Below, in pieces: positions 36,870 through 51,876 of a DNA stretch of 64,000 nucleotides. Each line of letters starts with the position of its first letter. Positions within the stretch are counted from its first letter, which is position 1. The stretch is from NCBI RefSeq assembly GCF_009914755.1, contig NC_060935.1, one strand, 5' to 3'. The translations under genes were made by a program, and so were the position numbers. The stretch is from the human T2T-CHM13v2.0 reference genome, Homo sapiens. The notes beneath the pieces are model-generated. The model was not told where the DNA came from. It ran no database searches and saw only the letters and a program-made list of their open reading frames with translations.

Positions 36870-37065
36870 AGCCCAGGTTCTGGGTTCGGACTGCTTAAGA
36901 ATAAATCCTGATTCTCTTTTCATTAACTGATGGAAGCTGGTTCATTTTCTTTTTCTAGATTCGGTATCTCATTTGATGGGTTTGGTTGAAAATTCAATGA
37001 GATATTGTGAAGAAAGCACTTAGAACCTTGTCTGGGGCACAGGAAACACTTAATAAATGATGGCT
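36870..37065 (+). mobile_element. MIR
   Basis: aaattcaatgagatattgtgaagaaagcacttagaac...ggcacaggaaacacttaataaatg. Confidence 0.65.
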
Positions 37066-37234
37066 CCTCTTCACCCTCCTCCTCCTCCTCACTCTTTTTT
37101 GTCCTCCTCCTCCTCCTCTTTTGGTCTCCTCCTGCTCTTCCTCCTCCTCCTCTTCCCCTCCCTCCTCTTTCTCCTTCTTCTCTTTCTTTAGGGGATTTCT
37201 TACCCACTGGAGGTAAGTTTAGGACATTCTCAAA

Positions 37235-37412
37235 ACCAGACTTCTCAGTCTTCACTAGTCAATGTGAAGTTCCTGGATCAGCAGCCTCAGCAATTCCTGT
37301 GAACTTGCTAGAGATTCAGAAGACTGGGCTCCACCCAGAACTCCCTGGTCAGACCTCTCAACAGACTCACCAGGCGACTCCAGCCACAGTGCAGCTGAGA
37401 AGCCTTGCAGTG
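37235..37412. mobile_element. MER5A-like MITE
   Basis: cagcagcctcagc...gaacttgctagagattcaga...gggctccacccaga...gctgagaagcc. Confidence 0.55.
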
Positions 37413-40400
37413 CTGTGGATTTCCGGCAGGCTGCTTTGGTCTGACACTGACTTCATTGATCTTCTGCTCCGAATCCATTCATTCCACTCCCACATGCAAC
37501 AAATCAAAGAAAAATGGAAATGACAATGATAAAAATTGCCTCAGAAATGACTCTTTCATTAATGTTTCTTATGCTGAGAACAAAAAACATTTTTTATACA
37601 TATTTCAAATTTTTTTATACATATTTCACTTGTTCCTCACATCAAGCTTGGAAAACAGAGAAAAGTGACTGTCCCACTTGCAAGTAAGACCAAATGCACT
37701 GGAAATTATGGTAAAAATGTGACCCACCCAGGCCAAATTTCTGTCCTTTCTGTGAATACAAAATGCTAGGGCAGAGAAATGTTTCTCCTTTGTTCAGAAA
37801 AATCATCTTGAAATCAATGTGAACTCAACAGGAGACAGGCAGGAATTCCACAGAGAACAAACACAGGCTGAGAACTTGACTGCTGGGACTGCAGCTGCAG
37901 CCAGCTGTGGTCAGTGCAGAGTGCCAGAGCCTCCAGGACACTGGGGTGGTAGCCCTGTCTGCTTTTGGCCCTCTTCTTTCCTCTTTTCCACTTGCAGAGC
38001 CCGGCCAAGATGTGACCAACTCCTTGACAAAGCTCCCTGGGTATGGAGACTAAGTAGGCATAGGAGAAATTGCTCCTCTGCTGATATAAGTCACCACCCA
38101 GGTGCAAGACAGCAGAGAGCTATGTCATCAATTCATCCCACTTAGCACCATGCTCCTCAACTCGCTGACACTTTAATGAGCATGTCCAGATTTGTGGCCT
38201 GACTCCAGGGAGAGAATAATTAGAGGCCCCTGACAAGGGAACAGAGAAATAACGTAAATGACCCAAGGGGTAGCAGGTTCAATTACAGTATAAAGCCCTC
38301 ATTGGGGATTAACCAGTCCTTGGAAATGGCAGTGATTGATTGGCAGGTGCTGGGTGGAGAGCAGAGGGGAGGCTGGGCTCGGTTCTGTCGGATCTACAGA
38401 GGGAGGCCATGCTGTGCCAGCAGAGCCCCCTTCAAGGAGGCTTGGTTGGGAGACTCTGCTTGTCAAGAAGATGGCTCTGGCCTCCAGAATTTGTGTGATT
38501 GGTCACTCTACCTCCAACAGCCTGACCTATCCTGGAAGAGGAGGGAATGAAGGCTGGAGCCTCCTTCCCAATGATGAATCTTAGGGAAGGAAATTCCCTT
38601 GCCTTCCTGGATAATTCTAAGGGGCATTGAAGAACAGACATTCTTGCTAAATATCACGTTCCACTAAAAATACCTGTATTTGAGTTGGGTGAAAGATTAT
38701 TGCCCCAATCCTTGGCATTGTGCACTTTTATGGAAGCCACTTTTGTTTCTCAGGGATAAATTTGCCAGAGAACAACAATAATCAATGACATCAAAATCAA
38801 GACTGAATATATCCAGCTGCTTTCTTTAGCATCTTCTTCAACATGCAATGGGCCCAGTTTCCGCACAGTACAAGAGCATGAGACAGCTTTGAACAGCAGA
38901 GTCTTTCATGGAAACCTGAAGTAGGGGAGACAGGGTGGGCCAGTGAACCTGGCATCCCGACCTGTCCTAGCCTGGGCCCTGTGCATACCTGGACAGTTAT
39001 GTGACTTCTCTGGACCCCAGTTTCCTTGACTGTACAATGGCAAGGGTGAATGAGACGACCCCCAGACTCTTCCAGTCTACTAGCCCATGATCCTAGTTTG
39101 CCAGTCTAGCCCACTTCTAGTTTTCAATGCTTCCTATGCCTCTTTTGTCTCCATTTTCCATCAGTATTAAAATCAGAGTATGAATTGAGGACAGAGAAGG
39201 GGAAGTCAATTCCCCGGCATGTGGCCCCATGAGAAGCCCTGGCTGGAGCTTAACGTGCGAAGGGCCCGGGGCTATAGCACACCACTGGGCCTGGGTTCAT
39301 CAGGGAATGCTGACTGTTCTTCCCCCTCCATCTCTCAAAGACAGGTCCCAGTCTAGTCCTTACTCATCGTGAGAACTACTGGAATTATTTTAGGCTTTGA
39401 GAGTTTGCCAAGATCTTAAAATTAAGTGTAAGATTTATATTTTCTCTGAACAAATATGATGCGACTAAAGATTTGCTTCTCACCTTCTTCCCATCACTCC
39501 CCAAGGTTCGGAAAGAGCTCCTGCTGCCCTGAGGGGGACATGCCTGTGACAATTGTTGGCTGCAGCAGGCATGGGTTCAGGTGGCACCATCTTTTCCTTA
39601 GTCCTCTTTGCGACAAAGTGAAGCAGGTGTGTAGAGTAAACCGTATTGTCCGGAGGTGATGACTTAGGATATGTATATACTCTCCCTTCCAGGGCAGGAC
39701 TGGAATACCCTGAAACTGGGGGAATAGTATCTTAAGTATCCGCCCCTCCAGCCGTGGGAACCACTAGTGTACCTTCTGAGCAGATTTCTTAACTTCTCTG
39801 TGCCATGGCTTCTTCTAGAGTTAAAAAACGTCTGCCTACTGTTGTGATGATTTAATGAGATAAAAAAAAATTAAGTGCTGAGACTAGAGCCTGGCATTTG
39901 GCAGAGGCCCCAGAAATTCCACTACTTTTAGCAAAAGGAATTATGCTTCCTCTATTTTATTAGGAGTAGGAATTTTGTTTAAGTTTATACATTTCCCTCA
40001 CTTTGAGACTGAGGGAATTTCTGACTGACAAATTTTATTTTCTCAAGAGTTTAGAGGCAACAGTGTGAGCTGGTTCCAGGCCGGGACAACTGTGGTAAAA
40101 CTGGGAATCGAAGTAGAAGGAAGGTCCCAGGACTGGGTGCCAAGAGGCGTGATAGAATGAGCTAAGCGAGACCTGCAGCAGGTTCCCAGACTATTTTAGG
40201 ATAGTGATCGTGGATTGGGGTCTATTCCACAGGATTTTTCTCTTGGTCACACTGAGAGAAAGTTATGAAGAAGGTAGACAGTGGGGCTCTTCCAGGATCC
40301 AAAGTTTAGCAAAATAACTACAAAGGACATCGAGTGGGGCAAGGGTATTGATCTTAATTATGAGGAGGCAATGGTAATGCTTGATTTAATGAAGATAATG

Positions 40401-43400
40401 AAGAAAACAAACAGTAGATGGCCTGAACAAGTAGGATATAAGTTTTAGGTTTGGTGGGCTGAAAATTGTGATGAGGTGGAAGAATGGTTTCAGTCAGCTT
40501 CCATAAGTAGGTGGACACCTGCTTGTGGTTCAACTTGGCTATGGGACTTCATCTTGGGACCAAAGCTGTCCCTGGTGACAGAATAGGCCACGAGATGGGA
40601 GGGCAACCTCTACAGAGTGGGAGCCAAGGTGCCTGGAGATGGAGCTTCAGGCATGAGGGGCCAGGGAGCACGTGCATCCTGTAGATGGTGAAGGACCAAG
40701 AATGACAACTGGATCTGGGATGAAGAGGATGCAGTGAGCAGGTGCTGGGGCTTCACCATGTGGGGGTGGGGTAGGATGACAATGAATGACAACAGTGAGG
40801 ATGGGGAAGGCAGGGCTTTGGAGGGTCTGTAGGCAGGAGCTTTAAGGGGCAGAGGTCTCCACAAGATAGAGAGAGAGGGGTGGCAGTTAACACAGACTTT
40901 TGACGTTTACATCTATTACATACATGAGTGGCCTTTAGAAACACACCTTTCCTCTTTCTCCCCAAAACCATATGACAAAACCAGCTTCATGGACAAGGCA
41001 GAGTCCTTTATTTCTGTCACTTTCTTACATATTCCCAACCTAGGTCAATCTCACCCAGCTCAGCCAGATGGCTTGCACCCACCCCAGCTGACTTCCAGCA
41101 TTAGCAAGTAAGAGGGAAAACGGGTTGCTGAGGGGAGCTCAGCTATCCTCTCTCCCGCTGCTTCCCTCCTCTCTGCCTTCCTTGTGGGCCTCCGACAACA
41201 TGTTTATCTTCTTCATATTTCAAGTTTGATGGTAATTTCAGGAAACACTTTTCATTCATAAAATGCAAATGTATTCAACATGCTCACTCACTAATATAAT
41301 TTTCCCATTGATGTTTATACAGTCTGAAAATTCTTGCAAGTCTAAAAAAAACCTCCGGAACATTCATTTTAATTTTTCCTAAGCAATGCTAATGAAGTCC
41401 TTGAATAGAATGGAGCTTTATGACCTTTTTAATTGATTGTTTGGACATAAATTATTTCCAATTTCCAAAGGATCAGAGTTTTCTCAGCTCAAAATTCAAC
41501 TTCAAGTAGAAGTGAGTGAGTGTGTGCTTTTTAAAGGGTTCTGAGTCCCTTTGATGCTAAAATGGGGCTTGAACTGCAAAGTATGGCTTACCAAGTCCAC
41601 CAAAGACAGCCTTCACCACCGGGAAGGTTTTCAGAAGCCCAGAGTCCAGTCCTCACAGCTGCCATCATGTCACACTGAGGCTGGATGGTGTCACTATCGG
41701 GGGCTGGGGATGGGCACCCTGGCCAGGGTCAATAATATTCAGGCTGTCAATTAAGAGATGCTTTGTCAATTTCCTGACCTGAGTAAAGCCATGAACTGAA
41801 GGCTGCTGGCAGGAGGGAACAGTGTTGGTTTTCTGACCTTTGTGAGTTCTGTGTCTTGAACATGGTGATTGTAACGACTCCCACAACTCCGTGCGCATCT
41901 GTAATGTGTAGGCCACTGAGCAAGTATTTTCCAGCACTTCACATTTAACGCTGACATGACCTGCTAAGGTAGCTATTATCATTATGTCCATTTAAAAATA
42001 CAGGTGTCAAGGTCCAGAGAGACCCCGGGACTTGGGCCTGGGCCTTCAGCCTTCAAACCACTTCGTTTGGTTATTATCATTGATGTTCTTGTCATTCAAT
42101 CTGTGGGTGTGATCCCAAACAAAACTGACCGGTAGGGAGAGTTTGAGGAGAGGAAAGCCCTCTGCCCCATGCACCTGTGTCCTGGCGGGTCAGCTGGGTT
42201 TTTCCTTCTGAAGGGAGAGGCAGCCTCCTGGGGGCCGCGGTTCTCACTTCGTCACTCCCAGGGCAGGGCAGGCTGCACATCAGACAGCATGCCTGTGGTC
42301 GACCAGAAGTCTGTTAGTCACCTCCTTCGTTGGTGCTAGTCGGTTGATTCCTCCAAGGCTGAAATAAGTTCTTGAGACCAGCATTTGATAAAAATGTTCA
42401 CTCTGGCACTTTCCACAGTATCAGCAGGACGCTGTGTTCGGCTCCACATCGGCTTAATGACGGGGCCTGCGGGTGCCTTGAGGAAAAGGTACCTCTTCCC
42501 AAAATGAGTTCACCCGAGTCCAGGGGCTCCCAAGGTGGACCAGATTGCTCACCGGAGTGGGTCCCTCAGGACCCCAGCATGTGCCCCCCTTCCTCCTGCA
42601 TCTCAGACTGCCAGCCCTCTTCCTGTCAACTTTGAGAGGGTTCCTGGAGTCCAGCCTTAGTGGGAAAAAGGCTGCCATGCTGCAGGAAGGTGGCTTGCAG
42701 GTCTTCCCCCCACCTGTGCCTGGACAGATGGCACCTGCTTCCCACCCCCTACCCTGGTTCTTTCCCACTGTGCTCCTCCTCACAGCATGGACATCGTCAG
42801 GGGAGCCCTCTGCGTTTTTCTCCACCCATTTACGCCACTGCCTCACTGATCTTCAGATTATTCCTGAGATCCCAGCCTTTCCCATGCCTGTCTCCAGATC
42901 TGCAGCTTTCAGCTGCACCAAGGCTAAAGGACATGGCATACAGACCGTACTCAGGAGCAGCGGATGGCAGATTTTCAGCATAGTCACCAAACTCAGCTCC
43001 ATTGGCCACAAACAGGCATTTGGTCTTCAACCTGAGAAGAAAAGTAAATATCTCCATGCGTTGGTTCTTGAATTCAACACTCACCTCTTCCAAAGTGATG
43101 TTCCTATTTTTCATGTCACACCTCTGAACAAAAATCCTCAGTTACGTTAAGAAATATATGAAGTAGCTACTATATCTGATGTAGCTCAGAGAGGGGACCA
43201 CTGACGGGCAGGTGCTCTGACCAGCCAAGGGTTGCTGTCCAGCCAAAACTGGGGCCTCGAAAGGCTTGCAGAGGACCAGCAGCTCCCAGCATCACTAGCT
43301 CAGCAGATGCTCACAAAAGGAACAGATGGTCATCCTTCCTCTTGTGATTTTGATTAGGAGAAAAATATACAGACAGTCTCCTCCATGTAGTTTACTTAAG

Positions 43401-43539
43401 GAGCCTTGGGTTTGCTGGGTTTGCTGATGGGGAAGGTGGCATGTGTGTCGTAGACGTTGAGATAGTGGCATCGAAGGAAGGGACTATTCCAAGTGGCTTT
43501 GAGCCTCAGCATTTTTACCACATATGTCTCATGGAATAC

Positions 43540-44720
43540 AACACAGGAAAAAAAGAACTGAAATCAGATTTTCACCTGTAGTCAAGAATCATATTTTTTC
43601 CTAATTCTGGTATTGTTATTTAAGGTTGCCGTGTGTGACTGTTTTGTGACTGATTGTGATAAGAAGAAAATGATCAATTAAAGTGGTGTCATTGAGAACC
43701 AGCATTCTCAGCATAAGATAAAGAAGAATCAGATGTAAGACTGATGAAGTGAGGTAAAAACCCTGTAATTTATAAATGCATATTATCTATCTCCATCTAC
43801 TGGAAGCTAGAAACAATGGACAATTCAGTAGTGATGAAAACCTGTGACATCCAAATTGTGATCATTATAAATCATTTATCATCAAACGGACCCAGGGCTC
43901 CTTGGAAAAATGGCTGATTGTAGGTCTCAGGCAGGGAATGTACAATTTCAGCCTGAAACATTTTGTCCTACTAGAAAGCAAGGAAGAGATTACAGAATAA
44001 TAAGATCGTGTCAGAAAGGCTCAGGAGGCAACATTAGAGGCTCCCACCAGCTGAAGATGGGACAATTTAAACATCATTAAATTTAATAACCATAATGAAT
44101 GAAACCCAGCAAATATATTCGACTTCGTTATTTTGTAATGAAATGTTAAAAAGAATATTAGGAAAACTAATTGTTGCCAGTGGAGGATGTTTGTGAACAA
44201 ACAAAATAATTTCATTATTTTGAAAACTAGCACTAACCAAGCATTTATTTTTTTTCTGTATAAACCATTGTATAAAATGGTTAAATATAATATATGATAG
44301 TTATGGCATAATTTAATGTAATAGATAATGAGGACTTTTAGAAACCTTCCTAACAGTGTTATTGTTGGTAGATTATGAAGGAATGATATATGTAGAATAT
44401 TACTATTTTGCAACTTCCTAATAAATTAGTGGAACTAGGTAACAGCTGGTCAGATCCCAAATCAAGGACAGTCAGACATTTTGTGCTACATGACTGATGT
44501 ACTTAGCATTGCCTGTAAAGTAGGGTTACTGAAAACTGAATCTTATTTTTCAAGCCTTGAGTTATATCTACTAATATCTTCAAAATACAGAGATGGAGAA
44601 ATATATTTCAAAAACAGACCATCAGGAAACACTCAAGAAAATCTACACTTTGAGAAACTGCAGGACAAATTTGCAGGTTTCTTCTACAAATAAATTGAGG
44701 GGATTAGAGAGAGAATTTGA
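43540..44720 (+). mobile_element. L1MC-type 3' region fragment
   Basis: cccagggctccttggaaaaatggctgatt...gcagggaatgtacaa...gcctgaaacattttgtc...gaaagcaaggaag is typical of the L1MC4-like 3' UTR. Confidence 0.6.
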
Positions 44721-44736
44721 GAAGATTAAAGAGGTG

Positions 44737-45046
<310 letters not shown>

Positions 45047-45914
45047 TTATGTGGAAAATATGAAACTGATGAGTTAATTGATGATTTCAATAAATTACTG
45101 TTAACAATTTCAGGTGTGGTAATGGTACTGTAGTTATGTTTGTAAGACAGGCTCTTGCTAACATTTTTGGAAAAATTGGGAAAGCGTGAATATGGATAGT
45201 AAGTAGACATCAGTGTTAAGCTTCTTAAATGGAACCACTGAAGTGTGAGTATGTATTGTAACACTTGTGTTTAGGAGACAGATGCTGGCACATTGAGGGC
45301 CAACTTGTCCTGATGTGTGTTCTTGATTTTCACATACTTTAGATACATGATTATATGCATGTGTATGTTTGTTTTTTTAATAATAATTGAAAGAAGATCT
45401 TTCTATCTTTTAGAGCTATATAACAAAAATACTTCCAAATAAAATGGTGTGATTTGCTTCAAAATGATCGATATATTGTAGAACATGATACTAATAAACT
45501 ATATACTAAGTGGCTTTCAATTACAAGGAAGCAGGTCAAAGTGCAACCTGATGAATTTTTAATTACAACGATATTTCTGTCCAGAATTCTTGTTAGCCCT
45601 GGAAGAGTGGCCTCAAATCATGGCCGCAGGCAACTATGAGAGCTCGAAAGGACCACGGCACTGAGCCACCACTTCCCAAGCTGGACAATCAGTAGAGTGG
45701 GAGCGTGGTGAGCACCGGGCTTTTATCTCGCTCCCAGCCTAGGGCTGAGCATTGTGGATCACCACCTGGGAGGCAGGAGAGCGACGGAATCTTTAGGAGA
45801 GAGGCCACTCACCTGGCTCCAATCAGGGGACTGTCAAGGGCAGAAGTCCCCGATGCTCAGCCCTCCAGTGATGTGTGCAGGGTGCCTGCTCTGCAAGGTG
45901 CACTCATAACAGGA

Positions 45915-46900
45915 TTTTTTCATTTTTTGAACTTTGTATGATGTAAGATTTTAAAAATACACACAAAAAGAGGGTGAACAGAACAGTGAATCTTCTTGTA
46001 CTTATCACAGAGCTTCAACAGTTTATCCAAATTCTCCATATTTGCCAATTAAATTGTCAATTAAATTTGCCAAATTTAATTGACATCTCCACTTTTCTTT
46101 TTCTGCGGTATTTGAAAGCAAATCCCCAAACATTCTATCATTTGTTCTGTAAGTACATCACCAGGTATCTCTAACTAATCATAATATTTCCCCATAAACT
46201 CCTTTCCATTGTAACACTTCAATTTTTAATTATAAATTTATAATTATCAACTTTAATTCCTAAATGAACATTTTAATTATAAATATATAATCTGATACCA
46301 GCCCCTGTTCAAATTTCCCTGATTGTCTCAGAGGTGCCTTTCTGCAGTTGGTTTCTTAGCAGCGCCCAAAGCCCACCAACTGCATTTGACCATCTACCTC
46401 TTCAATCTCTCTCCCTCTGAGACGGTCCCTGACTCCTCTCTGTTTTTTTCTTTGTTGCTGCTTTATTGGAGAAATGCATCATTTTCCATGTAGAAGGTCT
46501 CACACTCTGGATTTGGTGGTTTGCTTTGCTGTGTAGTGTACCAACTCGTGTTTTCAGCCCTGCAGTTATTATAATCGGATCATTGGAGCTAGACCGGCTC
46601 TACTCAGTCTCCATTTTCGAGGGCAGGGATGCCATCGTGGTGGTGCTGGGACCTTCCTCTCTCATCACACAGTAAGCCAGCTGCTGTCTGCTTGTATCAC
46701 TTTCAGTGACTCAAAGACTGATTCCTTTAAAAAAATAAAAAAAAAGATCAGTGTGCTCCGTGTTTCTCTGCTCTCTCCATTAAAAAATTCCATCGTTTTT
46801 TCCACTAGTGGTTTTAACATCCATCAATGGGTATTATTTTATTTGAAGTTTCAAAATGTTGATTTTCCAATTCTATACTTTACTTCTGTATTCATAGATT
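45915..46900 (-). mobile_element. Old L1 (L1MC/L1ME) 3' UTR fragment
   Basis: tatttgaaagcaaatccc...ttcaaatttccctgattgtctca, antisense old-L1 3' motifs. Confidence 0.5.
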
Positions 46901-46924
46901 GTATTTCTTTAGAAAGAATAGCTT

Positions 46925-47320
46925 TGTATTGATACATAATAGTTGTACATATTTATGGGGTACATGTGATATTTTGATACACGCATACAATTTGCAGTGA
47001 TCACACCAGGGTAAATGGGATCTCCATCATTTTAAACATTTATCCTTTCTTGTTGGAAACATCCCAAATATTCTCTTCTAGCTATTTTTGAAAAGTACAG
47101 TAAATTATTGTTAACCATAGTTGCCCTATTGTGCTGTGAAACACTAGAACCTAATCCTTCTATCTAGCTATAATTTTGTACTCATTAACCAACCTCTTTT
47201 CATCTCTCCCCCTTCCCCCACCACCCTTCCCGGTCTCTGGTACCCACTATTCTATTCTTCCACTCTCTACCTCCTTGAGATTGATGGGTTTAGTTCGTGG
47301 GTACAAGTGAGTACATGAAA
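46925..47320 (-). mobile_element. L1MA 3' end
   Basis: gatacataatagttgtacatatttatggggtacatgtgatattttgatac...ctattctattc...ctctacctcc. Confidence 0.85.
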
Positions 47321-47984
47321 CATTTGTAAAAAGGAAAATTTTTCTTCAACTATGGCTAATTTGAAATACAAACTTGTAAAGTTTAAACTTGTAAAGCATA
47401 AATGTGTGTAATAAAGATTATTTTTAGTTTTCAAATTTTGTATTAATGTGTTCATTTTATAATGACTGGGTCCATCAAACACTTAAATAATTTATTAAGA
47501 ATTCCTGGATTTGTATATTTGATAATTTGATGTGTTTCAATCTGTTGCAGGCATTATTCATCTTATGGTCAAATTGTTACATCTTAGGCCAGCGGTGCTT
47601 TCTTCAGCAAATGACTGTGTCTTTTTGTTTTCAAACATTTTATTTTGAGAAACGTTAAGCATATTTTGTGTCTTTTCTGACATGACACTAACAGGCTCAT
47701 TCATCTTTATCCTTTCTGGCACAATAATAGCTTCCAGGCTTATCTTGTACATTCCTTGCTCAGACCTAGAAGCTGACATTTCCTGAAAGATTCCAGGTCC
47801 CTGTATAGTGGGAAGAAAAAGGCACAGGCCAGGTTCCAGATATGTGGAATGCATTATTCTATTTACTCTTTACAATAACCCTGAAATGTACCTATGATAA
47901 TTATCTAACTTTCCTATAGATGAAAAATCTGAATTTCAATTTGACACAAATTGTTGTCAAGATCACATTGATATGTGACTATTC

Positions 47985-48410
47985 AAGGCAGTTTTACTCA
48001 TCACAGCCAAACTTGGAAACAACCCAAATATCCATAAACTGGCAAATGGTGAAAAACGATATATTCGTACACCGATATACTGCTTGGTAATAAAAAAAGG
48101 AACACACCGATACACAAAATGACATGGATGAATCCCAAAAACAGTATGTTGGGATGTATGAACTAATCAATTCATACTGATTTGTTTGTGTAAAATTTTA
48201 GGGTTTGAAAAACTCATCTACAATTACCTGGAGCATGAATAGGAATAGGGAGAAATGGGCTGCAAAGGGCATGAGGAACTTTTCAGGGTGAGGAGAAGGC
48301 TCTGTACCGGGTGGTGGTCACACAGGTGTACGTTTATCAAACCACGTCACAGTGCATGGCTGTGCATAATCAGACGAAAGTTAGAACTAACTCAGGTTGA
48401 TTTTAAAAAG
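47985..48410 (+). mobile_element. L1ME-type 3' end
   Basis: cagccaaacttggaaacaacccaaatatcca...acatggatgaatc...gggcatgaggaactttt. Confidence 0.6.
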
Positions 48411-50022
48411 CCAACCAAGGGTGTGCCCTAATGATAGCTGCAGTGGACCGTGGGGTCTTCTCTGTAGGGGCCTCTGAGACCCTTACAGTACGACGCCAGA
48501 GCTGTTTACCTGAAGGAGAGGAGAGGTGGGGATTTACACACCAGCTGCTGTCTCCCCCGGCTGAGGGTTGCCCCTGCAGGTGTCAGATTCCCTGTGCTTT
48601 TGAGCTGAATCTGCCTGGTTTACCATCAGGCCTGGCAAACCTGTGGTTTGGCCCTGAGCCTCTCCCAGCCTGTAACACAGCACACGGATGCAGCGAGTCA
48701 TACTTAGTGATAACAACATCGATGACACGGGCAGTAGCAATGACTGATGGGGTTGGCTCCTCCTGCCCTCTGCAGAAGCTGCTCTTTCTGGGGACAGCAT
48801 GATGGGGCGCTGTCGGGTGAGGTTAATATTTTCAAACCCATACACCAAGTTTTCATCTTTTCCTGTCTTCACGTGTGACTTAGGTGAATTGCCCAAGTCT
48901 TCTGAAACAGGGTTGTCAGATGAGAAATGATATTTAAACATATCTTAACAGCACTTGCTAAAAATTAGTATTGTTCTTGTTTCGAAATATCTGCATTAGG
49001 AAGATTTGAGAGGCAGCTTCTATCTCAAAATATAATTAAAGCTAATTTTGAATTGACTTGCTATTTGATTTCCCATTAATATTCTTAGAGTAACAAGTTC
49101 ATAGACACCCAAGGTCCATTAACCTGCACCCATTACCAGCTGCTCACAGGCACCTCACCATTACCTGGAGGGTGTGGCTTGAATTTGCCCTGCTGGATCC
49201 CAGGGTCACTATGATTTCTTCCCTCAGGTTTCTTCATTGTGTTTTAAAAAAAGCCTATACTATGCATGTGCTATTTTGTTTCTGAATTGCTTTATGGGAT
49301 TAGTTAACACTGCTTGTTTAGGAAGCAGCTTAGCTGGCTCTCCTGCCGAGTGTCACAAGGTATTAAGAAAGGTCATGTTCCCATTCTGCTGCAATGGTCC
49401 GTGTGTTACATCTGAATACTTATAAGCCTTACGGTATAACAGTGTGATTCTTGCTGTAAGCGTCACATGTACTTTAAAGAAATTAAGCAGAAAAATAATC
49501 CTTTTAAAAATCACATTTTACTATTGAAGGTGGGTGCCACCTTTTAAGAGAAATGTAAAAAACATAAAATATTTGGCTGAGAGTGACCAGGCTGTGGGAT
49601 GTGAATGCCGTGTCAAAGCTGAGGCTGTGAGGGAAACGCCGACTGTAAAGACAGCTTAGAACTCCGAGGGTCACACCTGTGCTGGCTGGTCCGAGAGGCT
49701 TGGCTCCTGGGCTCAGGAGAATCTTGTCCCCACTGGCCGTGGCTTGAAGGATATCGGGACACTCTGGGATGAGGAATTGAGGCCCAGCAGCTGTAGCCAA
49801 ACTTTCTGGGTCTAAATGCCAACCCCTTGCTTTCAGGCCTCCAGCCCTGCCTGGTTCCAGCCTCTGCATCCACTCTCCTTCCCAGGACTCTCAGAAGGAC
49901 TCCAGGTGGGACTCCAGGGGACTTCAGATCCACCCTTCCCATGGTTCCTGGCCTGTTCCAGCCTAGTCTGAGGCAGAGAGGAGGGTTAATTTTATTGAAA
50001 TAATTTGTTTACTTTTCTGTAA

Positions 50023-50356
<334 letters not shown>

Positions 50357-51876
50357 TAACTGGTAATTAGGCTCCTTACTCCCTGATCACTCTCTGCTCA
50401 TCTGGGTTTCTGAGGTGCAGCTCAGGGTGGAATCAGCACGGCTTTGATGTTATGAATCTGGCCTGAAGTCATATCCTTGTCATTGTACTTTTTGGAGGAA
50501 AAGATAGTTCATTTCTCCAGGGCACACGTCAATTGCCTTTCCTGCCAGGTGAGACCTACTGCTTGGAGGTGGGAGCAGCTCTGTTTACCTGGAGGAGGCA
50601 GGGCTGGTGTGCTCAGTCCCTCTGAAGTGTCTCATGGGCCATTAGCACCATGCACTGCTCGCAGCCAACTCATCAGAATGAATGGTTATTACAAAAATGT
50701 TTTCATAATTAAGTAACACGATAACTCACTGAAAATGGTAGATGTTTGGAGAAGTGCTACATGGTGGCCCTATGGGGATGGGCAGCCCCTGCCAGTCTCC
50801 ACTGCAAATGAGCCACGTGATCACCGGGGTTCAGGGCTATCCAGGGGGTGCCACTTGGCCCCCGTTGCCAGCAGCTCTGGCACAGGGGTCTAGGAAAGGC
50901 TCTGCCCAAGCCCAGCAGCACGGGTTCCTCTCTCCAAGGCTGTCCAGTAGAACTGTTGTTCGCCAGGCTGTCGTCAGCAGAGGCAGAGCCGCATCCTCAA
51001 CAAGTAGACAGGATCTCTAGGAGGCTTCATCATAAACTGAGTCTGGAGAGCAGAGGGGAAAAATCCTAACCGGGGCATGCATGATTCCAGATTCCTGCTG
51101 AAATAAACAGGAAGCCCAGCAATTCACACTCTCAGTGATGCTCCCTGGCCTCTCCTGTGTTGTCTTTCTGGGGACCCGAATTTGCTCTAGCTGATGTGTG
51201 ACATTTGGGTCTCTCATTTATTTTCCCCCAGTGTAGAAGATAAAACAATGGGATATATTCATTGCAAAAATTATTATAATGTGGCATTGGTGATGTATAT
51301 TATTTAGAAATTGTCATCATTGGATTTCATTTAAGTACAAACTAAAATCTGCTGCTTTGGGAAGCATAGCACTGATGGTGGGTTCCCCATCCTGGATCAG
51401 GGTAGGTGGGGCAGGGAAATGTCTCCAGCCCACAGACCCATCTGGCAGCTCAGATACAGGCATGGCGCTCTTCTGTCCACCCGTTCCTTTCTCTGACTGT
51501 TTCCTGGGCCCAGGAGGCTGACAGAGGGCACAGGCTGGGGTGGAGGACATGCCTTCCAGAGGAGAACTGACATGTACATATCCCCTTGAAGCCAGCAGCC
51601 ATGCAGAGGGACGTGGTTGCTGCCATCGCCCCCTCTGAATGCAGAACTTGACTGACCCGGGTGCTGGGTGGAGGGGCCTGGTTGTCTGCCATCTGCCCCT
51701 GCAGAGACAGGGAATGCGTGGAGAGGCAGCCCTCCCCCTCTGCAGCTCCCAGGACAGATCCCGGGTGTGCCCTCACCCTCCTGCCCAGCCTGGTCTCCAG
51801 CTTAGAGATAGGAGTATCACAGCTGCCTCTTGTCCCCACGACTTTAACATCCTTCCCAGTGCCTGAGCACATTTAC

